IMG/VR virus record: IMGVR_UViG_3300031949_000010
Source of the DNA: a virus
Length of the DNA: 64,000 bases
Strand: one strand, 5' to 3'
Under the pieces are notes generated by a model. The model had not been told where the DNA came from and ran no database searches. It saw only the letters and a list, made by a program, of their open reading frames with translations. Below are positions 7,466 through 18,091 of the stretch, piece after piece. Each line of letters begins with the position of its first letter. The first letter of the stretch is position 1. A program made the position numbers and the translations under genes.

Positions 7466-9748
7466 ATGGCGCTTACCGTGACCACCGACCTGACTCGCGT
7501 GACAGACGCCGAATCCGTCACCGGCTGGGTGAGCTACGGATCGGGCGGCGCTGGCGCGATGGCGCTCGAGCCCGACTTCTTCGTCCAAGGCTCGAACTGC
7601 ATCAGCCGGGGCGTTTCCGGAACAGTCAACAAGGGGATGCTGTTCGACCTTGGGGCTGGTGGAACGCTCAACTTCTTGACGACTCACGCGGGCAAGCTGA
7701 TCTTCATCTGGATGCGCACCTCGACCCCCGGCCTCATCGACACCAGGCCGAACGGGGGCATCAGGATCGTGATCGGGTCAGGTGCGACCGTTCCCGGTGA
7801 CGCGGCCGGGGTATGGTCCGCTTTCTACGTGGACGGATCCGACACCATCGACGGAACCGATGGTTGGAAGTGCTACATCATCGACATCTCGCTTCCAGCT
7901 TCCGCTACCTTCGGCGGCGGCGTCGATCTTACGGCCGTCCGGTACATCGGGGGCGTGCAGAGGTCCATCGGCACCCTCAAGGGTCAGAACTTCGGCGTGG
8001 ATGCCATCGGCTACGGCTTTGGAGAGTTGCGCTGCTACGGCACGGTGACGAACGAAGGCCGCGGGTTCAACGAGATGGCGGACGCGGACTTCGGCACGCT
8101 CGCGAACCGCTACGGGGTCATCATCCGGAAGGAGGGCATCCTCTTCGTCCAGGGGCGCCTGATTCTCGGGGACTCTTCCGGGACGAACGGCCTCACGTTC
8201 TCGAGCCGGAACGAGCAGATCGTCTTCAATCACCAGACCTACTACGACGGAACCCGCGCGCGCCCATCCATTCCAGACCGGCGTCCCGATGGCACTCCAT
8301 ACCTCGGGATCTACCGCATGGGCAACTCGACCAACACCACCGACGTTGAGATCGGCGCCAAGGTGGGCACCGGGGACACCGCGACAGGTCGCTCAGGCGG
8401 CAGCTTCACGGGCTCTCGCATCCGAACGGACTTCGTCGGGCAAAGCGGGACGGTTAAGAGCGGCTCGTACCTCAAGGTCTACGGAGCCCAGTTCCGCCGC
8501 TTCTGGGGAGGGATCGACCTCACAGGAAACGTGGCCGGCGACGAGTGGCATGGAGGCTCGATCTCGCTCTGCGGCACAACCCAGGCGGGTAAGGTCAAGT
8601 TCCGGAACGTCTCCTGGATCGACAACTATGGCGGCGCCTACCGCTTCCTGGAGGACTTCATCAACGATGCGGCCTCGAACGAGGCGCTCGCGACCGCAGA
8701 TCCGCGCATCGACTGGGGGAATGCGGTGGGCGGGACTCAGCTCACGGTCCCAGCCAACGCCGAGTACGCACGACTCGATCCAGCGGCGGCGGTGCGGAAC
8801 GTGGTCAAGATCAACGCCGACATCGTCGGAAGCGATGACCACTACGTGGACGCGATTGTGCGCTTTCCGACAGGGTCGAATCAGGGGATCATCGGGATCC
8901 TCATTCGCGGAGACGCGACGCTCGCAACGGAGAACTACTGGTACCTGAAGCTCGATCGACCGAACAGCCAGATCAGCCTTGTCCGAAGCGATGGCGGAAT
9001 CGATACCACGGTCGTCGGCCCAACGGCGTTCACGCTCAACGCCGACACGGACTACCAGATTCACATCCGCGGCTCAGGAACCGCCATCGAGGCGTTCGTG
9101 AACGGGACGAAGCTCTCGACCACGTCCTCGACCTACCAGACGAACCGGCGCGTCGGCATCGTGGGCGTCACGAACACCTCGCAGTCTGCCGGCGCGGAAC
9201 CCCGCATGTCTCGGTTCGGATGCGGGCCCGTAACTGACGTCTACGCCGCCACACGCCTCCCTGTAACCGCCGACGACGACGTGGTCAACTGCGCATGGAT
9301 CAACAACGGGCGCGCCACTGCGGTCACGGAATCTGCGGGGACCTACGCCTACACGGGGCATAGCTTCTCGGGCAACGCCGTAGGAGTCCGGAACGACTCG
9401 AACGGTTTCGTCACGATCAACGTCTCGGGGGGAGAGTCGCCGGGTACCAACACGGAGAACGTTGGGTCCGCGACAACCACCATAAACGCGACCTACGACT
9501 ACACTCTCACGAGCATCGTCTCCGGCTCCGAGGTCCGTATCTTCAACGACGCTACGGGGGCCGAGTTAGCTGGTACGGAGTCCAGCGGCACCTCCCTTAC
9601 CTGGCAGCACGACGGGACGGCGCTGAACATCTACGTCATCCTCCAGAAGACGGACTACGAGTGGCTGAGGATCAATGATACTGTGGGGGCGGCCGCCAAG
9701 TCCCAGAAGGTCTTCCAGCGGGAGGACCGGAACTATGCGAACCCATGA
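7466..9748 (+). CDS. Large beta-rich virion/spike-like protein (760 aa) with an internal ConA/laminin-G-like domain
   Basis: Gly/Thr/Asn/Asp-rich; N-terminal TTDL..V..AE..TGW...EPDFFVQG motif recalled from phage structural proteins. Confidence 0.75.
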   Translation: MALTVTTDLTRVTDAESVTGWVSYGSGGAGAMALEPDFFVQGSNCISRGVSGTVNKGMLFDLGAGGTLNFLTTHAGKLIFIWMRTSTPGLIDTRPNGGIRIVIGSGATVPGDAAGVWSAFYVDGSDTIDGTDGWKCYIIDISLPASATFGGGVDLTAVRYIGGVQRSIGTLKGQNFGVDAIGYGFGELRCYGTVTNEGRGFNEMADADFGTLANRYGVIIRKEGILFVQGRLILGDSSGTNGLTFSSRNEQIVFNHQTYYDGTRARPSIPDRRPDGTPYLGIYRMGNSTNTTDVEIGAKVGTGDTATGRSGGSFTGSRIRTDFVGQSGTVKSGSYLKVYGAQFRRFWGGIDLTGNVAGDEWHGGSISLCGTTQAGKVKFRNVSWIDNYGGAYRFLEDFINDAASNEALATADPRIDWGNAVGGTQLTVPANAEYARLDPAAAVRNVVKINADIVGSDDHYVDAIVRFPTGSNQGIIGILIRGDATLATENYWYLKLDRPNSQISLVRSDGGIDTTVVGPTAFTLNADTDYQIHIRGSGTAIEAFVNGTKLSTTSSTYQTNRRVGIVGVTNTSQSAGAEPRMSRFGCGPVTDVYAATRLPVTADDDVVNCAWINNGRATAVTESAGTYAYTGHSFSGNAVGVRNDSNGFVTINVSGGESPGTNTENVGSATTTINATYDYTLTSIVSGSEVRIFNDATGAELAGTESSGTSLTWQHDGTALNIYVILQKTDYEWLRINDTVGAAAKSQKVFQREDRNYANP

Positions 9749-9972
9749 TGCTTATAAACTCGATGAAGATGGTTGAGGCGAGCGCCTCCCAGGACGGGCT
9801 ACAGTGCTGGGTGGAGCGGTGCTCCCATAGGATTGGCGCCATGGAGTTGTACTTCATCGATACCTTGTGGGATCGGGTATATTGCCATCAGTGCGGGCTC
9901 TGCGTTAGGTTCCGGCGTAAGAGGGCCTTGAAGCGGGGCGAACCCCTGGAGACCGTGGAGGCTGAGCCATGA
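9745..9972 (+). CDS. Small Cys-containing protein (CxxC)
   Basis: ATGA-coupled on both sides; YCHQCG. Confidence 0.55.
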   Translation: MMLINSMKMVEASASQDGLQCWVERCSHRIGAMELYFIDTLWDRVYCHQCGLCVRFRRKRALKRGEPLETVEAEP

Positions 9973-12707
9973 GCAAAGTGACCGATCCAGACACCTTGGA
10001 CCGCTTCCAAGTTTGCGTCGACCCAATCGCCGAGAAGGTGTCGATACGAGGCTTGGGCACGGAACGGCACGCGGTGGATCAGACCGGGGACTCGGACGGG
10101 TCCACCACGTTTACGGACGCCGGTGCGAACTTCACTACGGACGGGGTCGTCGCGGGCGACATCCTCACCGTCGTCAGCGATCCAGCCAACAACAGCGGGA
10201 TCATCGGGCATTACCGTGTCGTGACGGTGGGGACGACCACCCTCACGGTCGAGCGTGCGATCCCCGCCTCGACGGGCGCCGACCTGACCTACAAGATCAA
10301 CGCAAAGCAGACGCCCGGAGCGGCCACCCCGCAGGTTGCCGACGGGGTCAACATGCAGGCGCTCTACAGTTTCCTCAAAGAGGAGTGGAAGACGCTGGCG
10401 GGTGGGCTCGGGAACGCAGTCGACCTCAACAAGTTCGATTTCCCGATGGTCTCGATCACGCCCGAGGAGTTCATCCTGGGAGGTACCAACGGCGACGCAG
10501 CTTCGGCGTGGACCTTCAACGATACGAACGGCACCCAATCGACCGACACGGAGGGGAAGACGAGAGAGCTTCTCCGCGACGGCGGCTGGCAGGAGCGGAA
10601 CGCGTCCAACCTCGTGCTCCGCGAGTACGCCAACATCACCACCCTGGGCAGCCTGGACTCCGATGCGCAGGCGTACTACCAGCAGGGCCGCTCCGATCAG
10701 ACTCCCGCAAACTTCAAGCTGACCGGACCCGTCAACCAGTCGATCTATACGCTCGAGGCTCCGGTCGTCCCGACCAACATCGCCTTCGCGGCCACCACGA
10801 TCACCCGCTTGGCTGGAGACTGGACGACGGATGGGTTCAAGCTGGGCGACTACGTCACGATCCGTTCCGCTGAGGACGCCGGTAACAACGGTACCTTCGG
10901 GCCGATCACGGCGCTCTCGGCAACCGTCATCACCATCGCGTCCGGGGCCTTCACCGTCAATGCCGACGACGATACGGCGACGTTCCTTCCGAACCACAAG
11001 TTCTACACGAAACTCTTCTGCCGGAAGAAGGGTCGCACCTACGCTTCGGCCGTTCACGCTGACGCCGGCATCTCGACCACGCTGGGAATCGGTCCCCGCG
11101 TGAACAAGTTTCCGCTGTCGCATGCCAACGACCCGGCCATCGTCTACCATGACGGAAAGCTGTCGGGCGGCGACGGCACCGCCTCGGGCAACCTCTTCCA
11201 GGAGACCGAGAACCACACGACGGGGTCCGACGGCGTTACCCAAGCGGCGGCCAGTGCGGCGGCGGATTCCTTCACGTTCACGTCTGCGGGGGCTACCTTC
11301 AATTCGCTCGCCCGCGGCGTGCAGGTCCTCAGGCCCGGAGACTCCATCGAGATCACGAGCGGCTCCGACCAGGGCGTGTACGAGATCAAGTCGATCGACT
11401 CCGCGACCCAGATCACCCTCTACAAGGAACCGACCAAGACCTACGTGGGCGGCCAGTCGTCGCTCACCTACGTCTGCCGAACCGGGATCAAGGACGTGGG
11501 GGCAGCCAACGCGACCCTCACCAACGTGGACGGAAGCACGGGCACGCTCGATTCGGCCGGCTCGACCTTCAACGCCGACAACGGGCTGGGCGACCGGACT
11601 GTCGCGGTGGGTGACATCGTCGAGGTCTCCGCCGGGACAGGAGCCGTCATCGGCTACTACAAAGTCACCGTGGTCAATTCGGCGACCCAGCTCACGCTCA
11701 ACACCAGCGACCAGATATTCGGAGGGCAAACCAGCCAGACCTACCGGATCTGGCGCCCCGGCATGTTCCTACAGAAGTTCGATACCGATCTCGTGGCGTC
11801 GGGCATGACGGATGGCCTCAACATCAACGGGGCCGGGAACCCTGACACGTTTACCCGCGTGGGAGGGAGTTGGGTCACGGACGGCTTCGTGCCTGGAGCG
11901 GCGGTCCGGCTCGCCGCAGCCGAGGACGCCGGGAACGTGGGGTCCTTCATCGTGGGCACGCCCACTCCCACGGCGACTGTCCTGACGCTCATCCTATCCG
12001 AGAGCGTCACGACGAACGCTGACGACGACACGGCCGTCAACGGGAACGTCACGGGGGAGTACGGCATCATCCGGACGATCAACCAGGTGAAGTACCCGTT
12101 CCACTGGAGAGTCTTCGCAAATGGAGGGGCCCTGTCGGACATCTTCCAGTTCCTCCAGCGAGAGTTGCGCCGCACCACGGACGTGGACGGTGGAAACGGG
12201 GTCGCACGAGGGGACATCACCGACCTCCTCATGAGTTTCGCTTCCCCGAACGGAACCACCCTAGACCTCTATCCGGACAACCTCGCGACCGCAGACTCGA
12301 ACAACGTCACCTTCCGCGACCTGACCAGCGACGACCGCACGAATGCCTTCATCGTCGGGATCACCATCGACGTTAACGCCAACCTTATCAACTCGGTCTC
12401 GAAGCGTCTGACGATGTACTTCACGACGAATCCTGGCGGAAACTTCGGGACAAACGGCGCGATCATTGTCGATGACAAGGACGGTGTGGACATCAATTTC
12501 ACGACGATCAACGGGGACATCCAGACCTCGTTCGACTACACCAACAACAGCCAGGGCGGGCGAACGCCGGACACGAATGCCGACGTCACAATCGTCGCCA
12601 TCGGCGATGACCTCGCCCAGCACGTGCTCGCTCAGGCCACTATCACGAAGGTGAATTCTATGACAGTCGCTGTCCAGCCCGCCCTCGAGAGGAATTACGC
12701 CACTTAG
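9969..12707 (+). CDS. Large beta-rich virion/spike-like protein (912 aa) with five internal repeats
   Basis: MSKVTDPD..., DGV.MQALYSFLKEEWK...FDFPM..IT scaffold recalled from phage proteins; repeats T.T....f.tDG...Gd.v.i. Confidence 0.8.
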   Translation: MSKVTDPDTLDRFQVCVDPIAEKVSIRGLGTERHAVDQTGDSDGSTTFTDAGANFTTDGVVAGDILTVVSDPANNSGIIGHYRVVTVGTTTLTVERAIPASTGADLTYKINAKQTPGAATPQVADGVNMQALYSFLKEEWKTLAGGLGNAVDLNKFDFPMVSITPEEFILGGTNGDAASAWTFNDTNGTQSTDTEGKTRELLRDGGWQERNASNLVLREYANITTLGSLDSDAQAYYQQGRSDQTPANFKLTGPVNQSIYTLEAPVVPTNIAFAATTITRLAGDWTTDGFKLGDYVTIRSAEDAGNNGTFGPITALSATVITIASGAFTVNADDDTATFLPNHKFYTKLFCRKKGRTYASAVHADAGISTTLGIGPRVNKFPLSHANDPAIVYHDGKLSGGDGTASGNLFQETENHTTGSDGVTQAAASAAADSFTFTSAGATFNSLARGVQVLRPGDSIEITSGSDQGVYEIKSIDSATQITLYKEPTKTYVGGQSSLTYVCRTGIKDVGAANATLTNVDGSTGTLDSAGSTFNADNGLGDRTVAVGDIVEVSAGTGAVIGYYKVTVVNSATQLTLNTSDQIFGGQTSQTYRIWRPGMFLQKFDTDLVASGMTDGLNINGAGNPDTFTRVGGSWVTDGFVPGAAVRLAAAEDAGNVGSFIVGTPTPTATVLTLILSESVTTNADDDTAVNGNVTGEYGIIRTINQVKYPFHWRVFANGGALSDIFQFLQRELRRTTDVDGGNGVARGDITDLLMSFASPNGTTLDLYPDNLATADSNNVTFRDLTSDDRTNAFIVGITIDVNANLINSVSKRLTMYFTTNPGGNFGTNGAIIVDDKDGVDINFTTINGDIQTSFDYTNNSQGGRTPDTNADVTIVAIGDDLAQHVLAQATITKVNSMTVAVQPALERNYAT

Positions 12708-12722
12708 ACCGGAGCACTCTCG

Positions 12723-13580
12723 ATGGCAATGACGAAGTTCGACGTGGATTCCTCGGCGAAGTTGTTCATCGCCAAGGCGGGAATCACCAACTTCAACGTC
12801 ACAACCGACCTGTACTCTGACGCGAAGGAGCACTGGATCGCGGGCGGTGCCGTCATGGGCTTCGACTTCCCGATCCGTGCCGTCGCCGGCGACGTGCGGG
12901 CGGACGCGTCGATTGTCGAGCCATTCTACTTCATGCGGGACGGATGGAAGATCCGACCCCAGGAAGCCAACCATACCCTCCAAGTCACGGGCAACATCGA
13001 ACTCGACCAGGGGGAATCGGGGCAACTCTTCGTTGCCACACTCGGCGCCTTCACCGTCCTAGTCACGGTCAACACAACGAACCGCGGCACGCTCCTGGCG
13101 GGGAGTGGCTCGGACTGGACCGCATCGGAGTTGGCGCAGATTCGACACCGGCTAGGTATCGACGGGACCGCGCAGGCACCCTCAGCCGACCCATCCCTTG
13201 CCCTTGCTGGAGACGCCATGACTCTTACGAGCGGGGAGCGGGTGGCCATCGCCGCATTGATTCTGGCTGATGGCGTGCCATTCAGTGGAGCTCTGATAGA
13301 TGCCGCAATCTCGACCCGATCTCAAGCTGGCACGCCGACGACGCTGACGGCTGGTGAGCGCATCGCCGTGGCCGCCGCCGTGCTGACACAGGATATAGGC
13401 CCGTTACAGGTATCGGCCTCACTCCACAGCGCGCTATCTGCCATGCTAAAACTGCTGTCGAGGTTCGATGCAAAAACAGGCCGCACTTACAGGCTGGACG
13501 GCACCACTATCCACATGACGCAGACGCCGAGTGTGGACACCGCGATGAAGCCCATCCGGGAGTTAGGGGTTTCAGCCTAA
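12723..13580 (+). CDS. Virion-associated protein (285 aa), partner of the two upstream genes
   Basis: DLYSDAKEHW...YF.RDGWKIRPQEANHTL.V.GNI motif; C-terminal ALILAD/AAVLTQD duplication. Confidence 0.7.
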   Translation: MAMTKFDVDSSAKLFIAKAGITNFNVTTDLYSDAKEHWIAGGAVMGFDFPIRAVAGDVRADASIVEPFYFMRDGWKIRPQEANHTLQVTGNIELDQGESGQLFVATLGAFTVLVTVNTTNRGTLLAGSGSDWTASELAQIRHRLGIDGTAQAPSADPSLALAGDAMTLTSGERVAIAALILADGVPFSGALIDAAISTRSQAGTPTTLTAGERIAVAAAVLTQDIGPLQVSASLHSALSAMLKLLSRFDAKTGRTYRLDGTTIHMTQTPSVDTAMKPIRELGVSA

Positions 13581-14242
13581 TGGACGCCATCTCCCTGCAG
13601 GGAATATGGCCCACGGCCGTGTCCACCCATACGCTAACCGGGCCAGCAGCACCCCATAGAGACTCTTCCTCTACCAAGGGTACCTCAGGATCAGGCTGCT
13701 CGGCGGCTCAGCGGTTTGGCTCCCCCGTAGGGGCTACCGTCAAAACATTCGCGAAAGCATGCGTCAAATTCGGCCTGGAAAAGAAGGTAGACAAGAAGGC
13801 ACCCCACGACGGGGTGCGGCAGCGGGACGAAATCTACCGCCTCAGGGAACGGATCGCGGCATTCAAGGAGAGGATCCGTCAACTCGAGGATCTTAACCGA
13901 TCGCGCTCTTCAGCGGACGAAGAGGCTAGGCGGAAAGCCGAGGAGGAGCGGGACAGGCTGCTCCGTGAGATAGGACAGCTTGCCGATGAACTCGATGCGA
14001 CGTGCATCGAGAAGCGGGGGCTTGAGGAGGCGTTGGCGGAGGCTAGGTCTTCGAGGACGACCGCCGCCTGGCTGATCGGGTCAGGGGTCGCCCTGGGCGT
14101 GCTGACGGCCCTCGTGAGCCCCGGCAAGACGGCTTCGTTCATCGGATTTGGGGTCGCGTCCGCCGCCTTCTTGGCCGGGTTCATGACCCTCGTACGCCCA
14201 TCGGCCGAGTCCCTCCCAGTGGACGCATCCGTGAGCGCCTAG
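13580..14242 (+). CDS. Coiled-coil protein with two C-terminal TM helices (220 aa)
   Basis: Heptad-rich Glu/Arg helix, then AAWLIGSGVALGVLTALV and FIGFGVASAAFLAGFMTLV. Confidence 0.75.
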   Translation: MDAISLQGIWPTAVSTHTLTGPAAPHRDSSSTKGTSGSGCSAAQRFGSPVGATVKTFAKACVKFGLEKKVDKKAPHDGVRQRDEIYRLRERIAAFKERIRQLEDLNRSRSSADEEARRKAEEERDRLLREIGQLADELDATCIEKRGLEEALAEARSSRTTAAWLIGSGVALGVLTALVSPGKTASFIGFGVASAAFLAGFMTLVRPSAESLPVDASVSA

Positions 14243-14466
14243 GCCAGCGGGATCGCCGGGGGTTGCGAGAACAAGGCGAGCGCCTTCTCGGTCTCCCGGT
14301 GGAGGGCCTCCGCGACGTCCCGGCTCTCGACCATGAGCGTAAGGCCGACGCAATTCCCGAGCGTGATGTGGTAGGAATTTCCGGTTTTCGCCTTGAAGAT
14401 TCCGCCCGAGATCTCCTCTTTGGAGGCTGGTGCGGACACAACATGCAGATAAGTCTTTTCTCCCAT
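14239..14466 (-). CDS. Small hypothetical protein (75 aa), divergently transcribed
   Basis: SD gaaggagg; MGEKTYLHVVSAP... Confidence 0.6.
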   Translation of the reverse strand: MGEKTYLHVVSAPASKEEISGGIFKAKTGNSYHITLGNCVGLTLMVESRDVAEALHRETEKALALFSQPPAIPLA

Positions 14467-14530
14467 GAATGGAATCCTCCTTCGCTGCTCCCTAATACGG
14501 CGCGCCGCCGCCCAGGGGCTGGAAAAAAGG

Positions 14531-14554
14531 TCGATCTTTGCATAATAAGATCGA
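14531..14554. promoter_or_regulatory. Palindromic operator copy 1 (TCGATCTT-N8-AAGATCGA)
   Basis: Perfect 8-bp inverted arms in an AT-rich gap between divergent genes. Confidence 0.8.
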
Positions 14555-14557
14555 ATT

Positions 14558-14589
14558 TTGACGACCTTCCTGCCCCGGGGTCGTATTAT
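14558..14589 (+). promoter_or_regulatory. sigma70-like promoter (TTGACG ... gtcgTATTAT)
   Basis: -35 and -10 like hexamers with a long 20-bp spacer; SD aaggaggg follows. Confidence 0.5.
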
Positions 14590-14613
14590 GGGGCAGGTGA
14601 AGGAGGGATCAAC

Positions 14614-14862
14614 ATGGCGACCCCGCAAGTCTACGCGATGTCCAGGGATGGAAAACTCGCCCACGCCGCTCCCCGGGCCTTCGCGGGTGGCATCCCGACG
14701 AACGATGAATGCGTCCGCCAGGAACGGGCTTGGAGGCGGTGGAGAAATAAGTACGTCCGGGAGCATTCCGGAAGCTACCCTCTCAAGGACGAGCGGCGGA
14801 ACGCCCACATCTACCGAGTGGTGCTCGCGGACGGGTCGACGGTGGACATCGCGTGCGTCTGA
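14614..14862 (+). CDS. Hypothetical protein (82 aa), first gene of the small-ORF operon
   Basis: SD aaggaggg; MATPQVYAMSRDGK... Confidence 0.65.
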   Translation: MATPQVYAMSRDGKLAHAAPRAFAGGIPTNDECVRQERAWRRWRNKYVREHSGSYPLKDERRNAHIYRVVLADGSTVDIACV

Positions 14863-14871
14863 GGAGAAGCC

Positions 14872-17503
14872 ATGAACCAGACGACCTACGAGGCTTGGGC
14901 GTGGCAGCGACTCACCGCTTTGGTGAACGAGGGGCAGAACCACCTCCGGACGCTTCGCAACATGTTCGCGGTAGCCGCCAGGGAGGGACGCGTCACGACG
15001 CAAGAAGAGCGGGCTGCTGCGGAGCACGCCATCTACGCCGACTAACTCTTCTAGGAACGGGAGGAATTCGATGAACGACACGAACGTAATCGCCCGAGAT
15101 CCCGAGACGAAGCAGCCCAGCGCGATCCACTGTGGGTGCGGTGCCCGCGTCGAACTGGACGGCTACGACGTGACGTGCGGCTGTGGCCAGCCCTTCAACG
15201 GGTTCGGCCAGCCCCTTCGCCGTGGGCACGACATGGAGTGCCCGTGCTGGGAGTGCGCGTGAAAAAGCCTCTGTGCCAGGAGTGTCGTCATCGCTTGGAG
15301 CGGCATACCAAGGACGGATGCCACGCGAGGTATTCCGCTCGCCGCGCTGGGAGTCGCCGTTGTCCGTGTCGGCGTTTGGCGCAGGTCGTTTGACTCAGAA
15401 TTGAGAGTCGAGGAACGGAGGAAAGATGAACACGGGACTGCTGGACAAGGCGCTTATCGGGAAACACGCTTTCACGGCCATCGTGGAGAGCGAGGGCTAC
15501 ATCATCGGCCGTGCTGACTATGGGATTGGTGGCTACACCCCCATGCGTCGTGAGCCAACCTTCAAGACCTACGATGCGGCGCAGAAGTTCGCGAACGGGC
15601 TCAACGAAAAGATGGGGCTCACCAAAGAAGAGGCCCTCAAGATCGTTTTCAACACGATGCGCTGAAGACTCGAAATACGAATAGGAGGGTCTGTGACGAC
15701 TGAGGAGGCGGTGATCGTGGCAAGAATCATGATCGCCGAGCGAGGCGTTCAAAGGAGTCCAAGTAGGCAGGTTGCGGATCTCCTGAACGCATTCGCTACT
15801 GTTGACATGGCAGACTTTTTTAACGCACTGGACGACTACCTGGACCCGGTAACCCATGATGAGGTTTTTGGCATACTGGAACGGAGACGAGAAGGAAGAG
15901 AATAGATCAAAGGAGGAAACTGTGGCTCGATGCAAGGCGAAGAAGAGGCCCGCGAAATATGCCTTTCGCTGCCGTCGTCGGCAGGGGCACAACGGCAAGC
16001 ACCGGGCGCAGATCTATCCCGGCTACAGCGGACGCCTGACCTGGGGTCGCTGAAGTACCATGATCTGCAAATGCTCCTGCCACGTAATCGAGGCGCGGTC
16101 CTGCGCGGTCTGCCCGTGCAAGCCGCTTCCGAAATACACCGATGAATGGACGCCCGGCCCTCGCCGGATGCCGGTCGGGTACCGGGCGAAGAGGTCGCGC
16201 CCTGGGGCCTGGAGGCACGCGGGCGGGGCGAGAAAGCACTAACCTGACATTGGGAGCAAGCCATGGAAGCGGTACAAGGATCAGAGGAGTCATCGATCAA
16301 GGACGCCGAGAAGCTCCGCAGCCAGCGGAAGCAGGCGGCAGCGTACATGCGGGAACGGGTGAAGAATCTGGACAAGAAGATGGCCGAGAATTTCGTCCAG
16401 ACGAACTACGCTCTTGCCGCAGGGGATGCCCGTGAGATGGCCGAGCTGCTCTCGGTCCTAAGCCGGATGGATCTGGAGTCGTAGTACAAGCATATGACGA
16501 CCGTCGATGACGTCCGGAAGCTGCTCGAGGCTGTCGAGGCCCTTGCCCCCGCCTTCGATTGCTGCGTGGACGAGCTGGAGACTTACGCCGAGGTGATCGT
16601 CCGAAAGGCGAACGGCATGGAGTACAGCGACGTCTCCTGCCCGGAATCAGTCCTGGTTGCCGCGCTGATTCTGCGACTTCGGAAGAGGCTTTCGGAGTGG
16701 GAGCGCCAGATCGCCCCGAATGCCAAGGCCGAGCGATACTCGCTCAAAGACTTGTCCGGGGACGAGGAATAGACCTTTCAGGTAGACGGAGCCTATGTGA
16801 AAAGAGATCGCAGCGCCGAAAAGAACCCTATGGCCTACATGAAGACCAGCGGGCGGTTCGAGTCGCTTCGCGTCGACCTCTCTAAGCGGTTGGGGATCAC
16901 CGTCAAGGCGACTCAGGTTATCGAGTACCTGATGAATTTCTACGACAAGCACAAGACCTGTGGGGACACCAGTCGCGGATGAACTGAAAGGACTACCGAT
17001 GTGGAGCTGCCCGAATTGCGAAGCCCTCGCCGCCGAGCTTGACAGAGTCACGAAAGAACGGGATCAGGAAAGAGAGAGCTGGGCGAAGGCCACGGATCTC
17101 ATGATGAAGGGCGAGGCGCTTCGAGATCGCATGATGTTCATGGCGATCACCGGGAAGTTTCCACCGAAGACATAGAAGATTTGATCGAGTAATCCCATGA
17201 ACGATGACTGGAAGTCTGGCTTCACCGGGGCCATCCTAGCCGCGAAAGCTAAGGCTAGCGAATTCAACACCAGGGCGAACGCCTCGGGCCCGCTTGACTG
17301 CCTCCTCCTCCGCGCTAAGGAAGAAGCAGTCAAGGAGCTTGTCACGGATTTGGAAACGATCCTGGAAAAGTCCTAGAAGAGAACTTATGACCTTCGATTA
17401 CCGCCTCTACAAACTCCGGACTCAGGGGCCAGACTTCTACGCAACCCTGAATTGGGGAGGGCACCCCAAGAGGTCGTGGTATCTCGCGGTCTGCATGAAC
17501 TGA
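14872..17503 (+). other. Run of ~12 tightly packed small early-type ORFs (e.g. 14872-15045, 15071-15262, 15259-15393, 15426-15665, 15693-15905, 16060-16242, 16263-16484, 16494-16772, 16797-16982, 16960-17175), several Cys/His-rich
   Basis: SD sites and head-to-tail packing; no recognisable functions. Confidence 0.6.
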
Positions 17504-17529
17504 AGGAGCCTTCGAAGAAGGATGATCCC

Positions 17530-17958
17530 GTGAAGAAGAAAAAGAAACCGTCCAAGCCTCTGCTGTCCTACCCTCCTCAGGGATTCTGGATCTCGCCAGG
17601 TGGCGCCGTTGTACCAGTGCAGATCCACGCAGAGATGTTGATTCTGATGCCGGAGGTGTTCGGCCTTGAGCGTGCTCCTCATGGACGCGATGAGATCAAC
17701 GCTGCAATAGCTGACGTGCTTGAGCGCGGATGGGTGCGGGCCAGGGTTCTTTCAGCAGGCCACATCAGCTTTCAGGTCTGGAAGGCCGACGCGGAGACCG
17801 TTGCCCTGATCTACGGCGTCCTCGTGGAGCATCACGCCGGCATCTCGCACGTCGCGGTCGAGACTGTCGACCCGCGCGGCTGGTGGGAGTTCACGCTTCG
17901 CGAGTTCGAGGAAAAGCGGTTCCCGACGCATTGGGGACTTGGAGGTGAAGAGCCGTGA
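17530..17958 (+). CDS. FWISPxG...H...GWVR...FPxHWGLG protein, tandem paralog 1
   Basis: Aligns end to end with 18092..18526. Confidence 0.75.
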   Translation: MKKKKKPSKPLLSYPPQGFWISPGGAVVPVQIHAEMLILMPEVFGLERAPHGRDEINAAIADVLERGWVRARVLSAGHISFQVWKADAETVALIYGVLVEHHAGISHVAVETVDPRGWWEFTLREFEEKRFPTHWGLGGEEP

Positions 17959-17996
17959 CGTGCGGGCGAATGAGCGACCGGTGAGGCCGAAGCAAG

Positions 17997-18018
17997 CGAT
18001 CTTTCGCATATAAGATCG
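17997..18018. promoter_or_regulatory. Palindromic operator copy 2 (CGATCTT-N8-AAGATCG)
   Basis: Perfect 7-bp arms, intergenic. Confidence 0.8.
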
Positions 18019-18025
18019 AATATAC

Positions 18026-18055
18026 TTGACCACGCCCTGTGAGGCGTCGTATAGT
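18026..18055 (+). promoter_or_regulatory. sigma70-like promoter TTGACC-18-TATAGT
   Basis: Near-consensus hexamers; gtcg precedes the -10 box. Confidence 0.7.
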
Positions 18056-18091
18056 TCTCGGTGTAGGCGTTCCCTGGAATGGAGAGAGCGC

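Noticed and set aside
9888-11729. Long antisense ORFs (e.g. 9888-11729, 1024-2097, 5232-6152, 8393-9064, 12261-13025, 25170-26045)
   Set aside because: Shadow frames of GC-rich coding genes on the opposite strand, with no SD sites or recognisable motifs.
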